From: a bacterium
GTDB taxonomy: Bacteria; Zhuqueibacterota; QNDG01; DTFT01
Length of the DNA: 29,543 nt
Direction: 5' to 3'
NCBI GenBank assembly: GCA_041306805.1
Contig: JBFZEN010000151.1
Coordinates: forward strand, 1-29,543
The notes beneath the pieces are model-generated. The model ran no database searches and was not told the origin of the DNA. It worked only from the letters and a program-made list of their open reading frames with translations. The position numbers and the translations under genes are program-made. Each line of letters begins with the position of its first letter. Within the stretch, counting starts at the first letter, position 1. Below are positions 24,792-29,543 of this stretch, in pieces.

Positions 24792-26114
24792 ATGTTCAAA
24801 TCGCGCCGTCGGATCCGATCCGCATTTCTACGCCATGGCGCATTTTGTCTCTATGTGGCCATACTCGCGGCATGGACCGTCCCGGTGAATGCCTCCCAAA
24901 AAGATGCCAGCATCGTCGACCTGTACGGGCAGCTGAAGGTGGAGGGAAACAAAGTGCTGGCTGAAAACGGCCAGGCCGCGAGCCTTCGGGGCATGAGCCT
25001 TTTCTGGAGCCAGTGGATAGGCAAGTATTACACCTGCGATTGCATTAAATGGCTGCGCGACGACTGGAAGTGCACCGTGGTCCGCGCGGCCATGGCGGTC
25101 GAAAGCGGGGGCTACCTGACCAATCCCGCGGCCGAGGAGAAAAAAGTCAGGACCGTGATCGACGCCTGCATCGACCTGGGGATATACGTGATCATCGACT
25201 GGCACGACCACAACGCCCACCTGCACCAGAAGGAGGCCGCCGCCTTCTTCAATAAAATGGCCGCGGATTACGGCGACCTTCCAAACGTCATTTACGAAAT
25301 CTACAACGAACCGCTCCAGATTTCATGGGCCAACCTGGTCAAGCCCTATTCCGAGGCGTTGGTCAACGAGATCCGCGCCATCGACCCCGACAACCTCATT
25401 CTCATCGGCACGCCGGCATGGAGCCAGGACGTGCACCTGGCCGCGGCCGATCCCGTCAAGGGAAGCAACCTGGCCTATACGCTTCACTATTACGCGGCGA
25501 CGCACAGGCAGTGGCTGAGGGACAGGGCCAAAGCGGCCATGAACGCGGGAATCGCGCTTTTCGTGAGCGAATTCGGAACCTGCGAATCGAACGGCAGCGG
25601 GGTTTTGGATTACAGCGAGACCGCCAAGTGGTTCGATTTCCTGGAAGCGAACCAAGTGAGCTGGTGCAACTGGTCCGTGGCCGACAAGGTGGAGACCTCC
25701 GCGGCGCTCAAGCCCAACGCGAGCCCGTCGGGCAAATGGGCTGAAACCGATTTGACTGATTCGGGGAAGCTGGTGAGGGCCAAAATCGTTGAATTGAACC
25801 TGCCTGTTCTCACGTCGATCGGGCCTGCGGCCGGCGCGGCCGTGCGGGAACCGGATTGTCGCTTGACGCATAACTATCCAAATCCCTTCAACCCGGGCAC
25901 GACCATCGAGTTCGGCCTGTCCGCTTTACGCCGGGTGAGAATCGACGTGTTCGACATGCTGGGCCGGAACGTCGCCGTTCTGGCGGACGGACCCATGGAA
26001 CCGGGCATCCATCGGATTCCATGGAACGCGGGTGGTCTGCCAGGCGGAACCTATGTGTACCGGATTAAAACCGCGGATGCGGTGCTGACGGGGCGAATGC
26101 AGCTGACAAAGTAA
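24792..26114 (+). CDS. GH5 endoglucanase (GH5_2-like) with C-terminal T9SS/FlgD-Ig-like sorting domain
   Basis: LRGMSLFWS, IIDWHDH, YEIYNEP (acid/base), LHYYA and FVSEFG (nucleophile) motifs; C-terminal HNYPNPFNPGTTIEF...G.YVYRI; AAGGAG SD before ATG 24792. Confidence 0.92.
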   Translation: MFKSRRRIRSAFLRHGAFCLYVAILAAWTVPVNASQKDASIVDLYGQLKVEGNKVLAENGQAASLRGMSLFWSQWIGKYYTCDCIKWLRDDWKCTVVRAAMAVESGGYLTNPAAEEKKVRTVIDACIDLGIYVIIDWHDHNAHLHQKEAAAFFNKMAADYGDLPNVIYEIYNEPLQISWANLVKPYSEALVNEIRAIDPDNLILIGTPAWSQDVHLAAADPVKGSNLAYTLHYYAATHRQWLRDRAKAAMNAGIALFVSEFGTCESNGSGVLDYSETAKWFDFLEANQVSWCNWSVADKVETSAALKPNASPSGKWAETDLTDSGKLVRAKIVELNLPVLTSIGPAAGAAVREPDCRLTHNYPNPFNPGTTIEFGLSALRRVRIDVFDMLGRNVAVLADGPMEPGIHRIPWNAGGLPGGTYVYRIKTADAVLTGRMQLTK

Positions 26115-26143
26115 TCGGAACCATGATATAAGGAATCCGTTCC

Positions 26144-26845
26144 ATGCCATTGGACATTCTCATCACGGGCGCGAACCGGGGCCTGGGCCTGGCCGTGACG
26201 GGGCGTTTTTTGACCCTCGGCCACCGCGTCTTTTCGGTCAACCGCCGTGAAAACGGCGCCCTGAAAGACCTGGGCAGGGGAAGGGAAAACCGGCTGCGTT
26301 GTTTTTCAGGGGATGTGACGGATGAAACGTCCATAAAGAAGGCCATGGCGGCCGTTTTCAGGGAAACTTCCGGCCTGGACATTCTGATCAACAACGCGGC
26401 CGTGCATCTCGACTCCCAGCGGCTGCCTCTCGAAAAAGTGGATTTCTCCGTCTACCTTCCGACCTTCCAGGTCAATGCCGTCGGACCTCTTGTCGTGTCC
26501 AGACACGCCCTGCCCCTGCTGAGAAAAGGAAACAAAAAACTGCTTGTCAATATATCGTCCGAGGCCGGATCCATCCGCGACGCCTGGCGCAAATCGGAGT
26601 ACGCCTACTGCATGTCCAAGACCGCGCTGAACATGGCGGTTCGCATCATGCAGAACGACCTGAAGGATGAGGGAATCAAGGTGCTGGCCCTGCACCCGGG
26701 CTGGTTCCGCTCGGACATGGGCGGAAAAGAGGCGCCCTTGTCACCGGACGAGGCCGCGGCCAAAGTGGTGGAGGTGATATTAAATCCGCCGGACCTGAAT
26801 GGACCGATATTTGTGGATTCGGACGGGAAGGAGATGAATTGGTGA
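26144..26845 (+). CDS. Short-chain dehydrogenase/reductase (CsgA/C-factor-like)
   Basis: ITGANRGLG, LINNAAV, YCMSKTALN (YxxxK) and LHPGW..SDMGG motifs. Confidence 0.92.
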   Translation: MPLDILITGANRGLGLAVTGRFLTLGHRVFSVNRRENGALKDLGRGRENRLRCFSGDVTDETSIKKAMAAVFRETSGLDILINNAAVHLDSQRLPLEKVDFSVYLPTFQVNAVGPLVVSRHALPLLRKGNKKLLVNISSEAGSIRDAWRKSEYAYCMSKTALNMAVRIMQNDLKDEGIKVLALHPGWFRSDMGGKEAPLSPDEAAAKVVEVILNPPDLNGPIFVDSDGKEMNW

Positions 26846-26846
26846 A

Positions 26847-29375
26847 TTATTTAAAATGGGATTGAATTTTCTCTTCTTCGGTGTTTTCTTCAATCATCAG
26901 GTACTCAGCCTTTTCATTCACCTGCGGAAAAGGCAATTCCATTTGCTCATATTTGACTATTTTGCCGGTTTGACTCCGTTCCGTCATTAAATCGAAAACC
27001 TTCTTTTTATATTGCGTATCCTCGTTTCCCGCAAGATGTTCGCCCTTGCTTTCGATGATGTAGACCAGTTCGAGCCTTCCGGTATCCGATTTTTTGGCTG
27101 CCACGAAATCGGGCCGTATTTTATATTGCTGCCATCCCTGAATGGAGTACCATGGTTTCTTTCCCTTGTTTTTGAACCACCATAGAATTCGTTCCTGCTT
27201 GTCAAGGATGTCACCCACTTTTTGTTCAAGCTTGTTCATGGCCGTGACATCGACGTCGTCAAACAGATAATAATGATAACCGCCTGGAATAGGACTGGCT
27301 GTTATTTCTTCAGATAGCGGGATCTTATAGCCAAATGATTCATCATTCGAAACGGCAAGGACTATTTGATTATGGCTCAAATATTTCGTGAACTGCTGTT
27401 CTTCCTGTTTCGACTTCTCCTCCGATAGGAACTGGCAGAGCATTGAAACGATGAAACCAAAATGCTCTTTAAGGTTCTTTTCTCCGACCCTCGACCCGGT
27501 CAAATCAAGGCATTGTTTCGCGCATTTTCGGGCGAGAAACGGATTCTCGACGATTTCCGCGAAGCGGCGGGTCGTATATTCGATGCTGATCTGGGCGGTT
27601 TCGGGGACGCTCGACGACTCTTCACGAAAGGCCGTTTTGCTGGATTCATCCAAGGTGATCGCGTATGGATGCCTGTCTTTATTCTCTTCACCCAGGGAAG
27701 CGGCTATCCGCTTGATCTGATCGGATGCCGGCTGGTAATGATTGAAATCAAGAAAAGGCTTGATGTGATGCTCGTATGAAAACCTGCGTTTCTCCTTTTC
27801 CCCGTCTACCATCACCCAAACCGGCAGGTAAAAAGCGGGCGAATATTTCTTGAATTCCTTGCGTACCCGCACGGTTTTTGAACGGTGTATCTGTTCATCC
27901 CCCGACACCTTGACGCCCGCGAGTAAATCCTCCAGCCCCTCATTTCTGAAACCGGCGGCCACCCTGTCGAGCATTTCCCGCACTCCGCCCCTGGAATAAT
28001 ACACATAGCTTTCGTCCAGTTCCTTAACCCCGGTTTTCTTCGCGTTGGGCTGTCTGAGAATGCGCCCGACCAGCTGGGTGATGCCCGTGTCCGAACCGAC
28101 GTTCGGAATGACGCCCAGCAGATAGGCGAAGGAGCAATCCCAGCCCTCCCTGAGGGCCTCTTTGGTGATCAGGTATCGGACGGGGCATTCGGAATCGAAC
28201 AGGTTGACGTCTTCAATGTCGTTTTGCGAACTCGTCTTGATCGCGATTTCGTCGGGATTCACTTCCAGATCAATCAGGAAATCCTTGACGTCGAGGCTGT
28301 GCACCCTGCCGCGCTCACGCTGGTCCTTTCCAGTCGCTTCTACCTGTACGAGTGCGATTGGTCTGATGTATATCCCGCTGGCCCGTTGATGTGCTACGGC
28401 TTTCTTTTCGATTCCTTCGCGCTTTTCCTTGATTTCACGCACCATGGCCTTCCAGTCGTTTCCCCGGCTCCCCACGGGAGGGATGATGTGCATGTCCAGC
28501 TTAACCATCTCCTCGTCCTTGAGTTCGAGACCGGTGATGGAAACAACCACGTTCATGCTCTTTTTCGGGGTCGCGGTCAGGCCGAGCACCATTTCGGGAT
28601 TGAGATGGTCTATGGTTTTTCGCGCGGTGTCGGAATACACCTTGTGGATTTCATCGATGATAATGAAGGGATTCGACACCCTTATGGCGTTGCCGAGACT
28701 GGTTTTAATCTGGGTGAAAGCGTCCCCTTCCGTTGATAATTTGTCCAGATTCGGGAATGTTTTTAACAGTCTTTCATGCTGGTCGTACCTGTTGTCGGCC
28801 GGGAAAAAGCTTTCGTATCCTCCTGAATCCTGAAAGACTTTTAGCGCTTCCTTTCCCGTCACCCGGTTGATGGACTGAATCATGACGAAAAGAATGACCA
28901 GATTTTCGTCAATATCCTGCATGGAAAGCCGCTGCCCCTTCTCGAGTATCAGTGTTTTGTTGCCGCTGCACTGGTCCAGAAGCTGGCGGAGCGGATTTGC
29001 TTTATCGCGTAGTTTATTTACGGTCTGGGAGTATATGGTTTCGGTCGGGACTATCCAGACAACGAGGCCCGTCCTTTTCCTGGCGAAAAGATTTTGGTAT
29101 TCGCGTATCGCCTCGACTGCTAGAAGGGTCTTGCCCCCGCCGGTGGGCACTTTCATGACAATGCGGGGATAATGCCTGTTCAGGCCGTTCACGGTATGCT
29201 CGGCATACGTTTTCCCCGTTTCGGAAAAGACGGATTCTACCCAGTCCAAACTGCCGCGCATATTCTCAGGCAGCGCGTTCGCCGCCTTTTCGAACCGGAC
29301 CTTCGTTTCACAGGCAACCCGGAAAAACTCCTGAAGCGTCTTGACGACCTTGATCTGATAGTTCTTTAAAAACAT
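26847..29375 (-). CDS. res: Type III restriction-modification Res subunit (SF2 helicase-like ATPase + PD-(D/E)xK nuclease)
   Basis: LKNYQ, VPTGGGKT (Walker A), IIIDEIH (Walker B), LTATP, LREGWD and QLVGRILRQP motifs; C-terminal RPDF...IIESKG nuclease motif; lower GC than the CAZyme block. Confidence 0.85.
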   Translation of the reverse strand: MFLKNYQIKVVKTLQEFFRVACETKVRFEKAANALPENMRGSLDWVESVFSETGKTYAEHTVNGLNRHYPRIVMKVPTGGGKTLLAVEAIREYQNLFARKRTGLVVWIVPTETIYSQTVNKLRDKANPLRQLLDQCSGNKTLILEKGQRLSMQDIDENLVILFVMIQSINRVTGKEALKVFQDSGGYESFFPADNRYDQHERLLKTFPNLDKLSTEGDAFTQIKTSLGNAIRVSNPFIIIDEIHKVYSDTARKTIDHLNPEMVLGLTATPKKSMNVVVSITGLELKDEEMVKLDMHIIPPVGSRGNDWKAMVREIKEKREGIEKKAVAHQRASGIYIRPIALVQVEATGKDQRERGRVHSLDVKDFLIDLEVNPDEIAIKTSSQNDIEDVNLFDSECPVRYLITKEALREGWDCSFAYLLGVIPNVGSDTGITQLVGRILRQPNAKKTGVKELDESYVYYSRGGVREMLDRVAAGFRNEGLEDLLAGVKVSGDEQIHRSKTVRVRKEFKKYSPAFYLPVWVMVDGEKEKRRFSYEHHIKPFLDFNHYQPASDQIKRIAASLGEENKDRHPYAITLDESSKTAFREESSSVPETAQISIEYTTRRFAEIVENPFLARKCAKQCLDLTGSRVGEKNLKEHFGFIVSMLCQFLSEEKSKQEEQQFTKYLSHNQIVLAVSNDESFGYKIPLSEEITASPIPGGYHYYLFDDVDVTAMNKLEQKVGDILDKQERILWWFKNKGKKPWYSIQGWQQYKIRPDFVAAKKSDTGRLELVYIIESKGEHLAGNEDTQYKKKVFDLMTERSQTGKIVKYEQMELPFPQVNEKAEYLMIEENTEEEKIQSHFK

Positions 29376-29378
29376 GGT

Positions 29379-29543
29379 TCAGTCTTGAATTTCCGCAAGA
29401 ATGCGTTCCATTTGGGGACGGAGCGAGGGGAAATCTTCTTTTACGGTAAGCCAAACGATCTCGAAATCGATGCCCATATAGTCGTGAATGAGCTTGTCCC
29501 GCATGCCTGCCATATTCTTCCATGGAATATCGGGATATTTCTT
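29379..29543 (-). CDS. hepT: HEPN RNase toxin (HepT/DUF86), 3' part only (5' end outside the window)
   Basis: Manual translation KKYPDIPWKNMAGMRDKLIHDYMGIDFEIVWLTVKEDFPSLRPQMERILAEIQD*; RX4HXY motif (RDKLIHDY). Absent from the ORF track because it lacks an in-window start. Confidence 0.9.
   Translation of the reverse strand, partial: KKYPDIPWKNMAGMRDKLIHDYMGIDFEIVWLTVKEDFPSLRPQMERILAEIQD

Noticed and set aside
29308-29523. 71-aa minus-strand track ORF MEEYGRH...
   Set aside because: It is the wrong frame; the overlapping frame encodes the HEPN toxin with a clear RX4HXY motif.

Overview
Most of the window (about 1.98-24.6 kb) is a GC-rich (~60% by sampled lines), leftward-transcribed pectin/rhamnogalacturonan-I degradation locus. 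It encodes PL11, 2x GH105, 2x GH28, a GH106-CE12 fusion, a second CE12, GH35, GH27, GH115, a CBM9/DOMON-like+PKD protein and, at the left, a lower-GC GH43-CBM6 gene. An ECF sigma / zinc-finger anti-sigma / doubly anchored lipoprotein triad sits in the middle. No SusC/SusD or other transporter gene is present in the window. Divergently transcribed are a GH5 cellulase with a C-terminal YPNPFNP sorting-type domain and an SDR. These converge on a lower-GC defence segment: a Type III R-M Res gene with a HEPN (HepT/DUF86) toxin gene ending 3 bp upstream of it. Shine-Dalgarno usage plus the YPNPFNP tail suggest a non-Bacteroidota FCB-type lineage such as KSB1 or Calditrichota (inference, low confidence). 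The least-explained structure is intergenic, where most gene junctions carry short repeat elements of three kinds: (i) four same-strand copies of a TCAAAAA-heptad element with an AAAATGAC core, whose ATG is in frame with or overlaps the start of the downstream ORF; (ii) two elements with inverted ~10-mer arms; (iii) two tandem arrays of TCCC-N-GGGAC hairpins starting at TGA stop codons. A decayed IS1595 transposase fragment is also fused in frame to the GH43 start. Family calls come from motif recognition only; no searches were run. No rRNA, tRNA or CRISPR array was seen.
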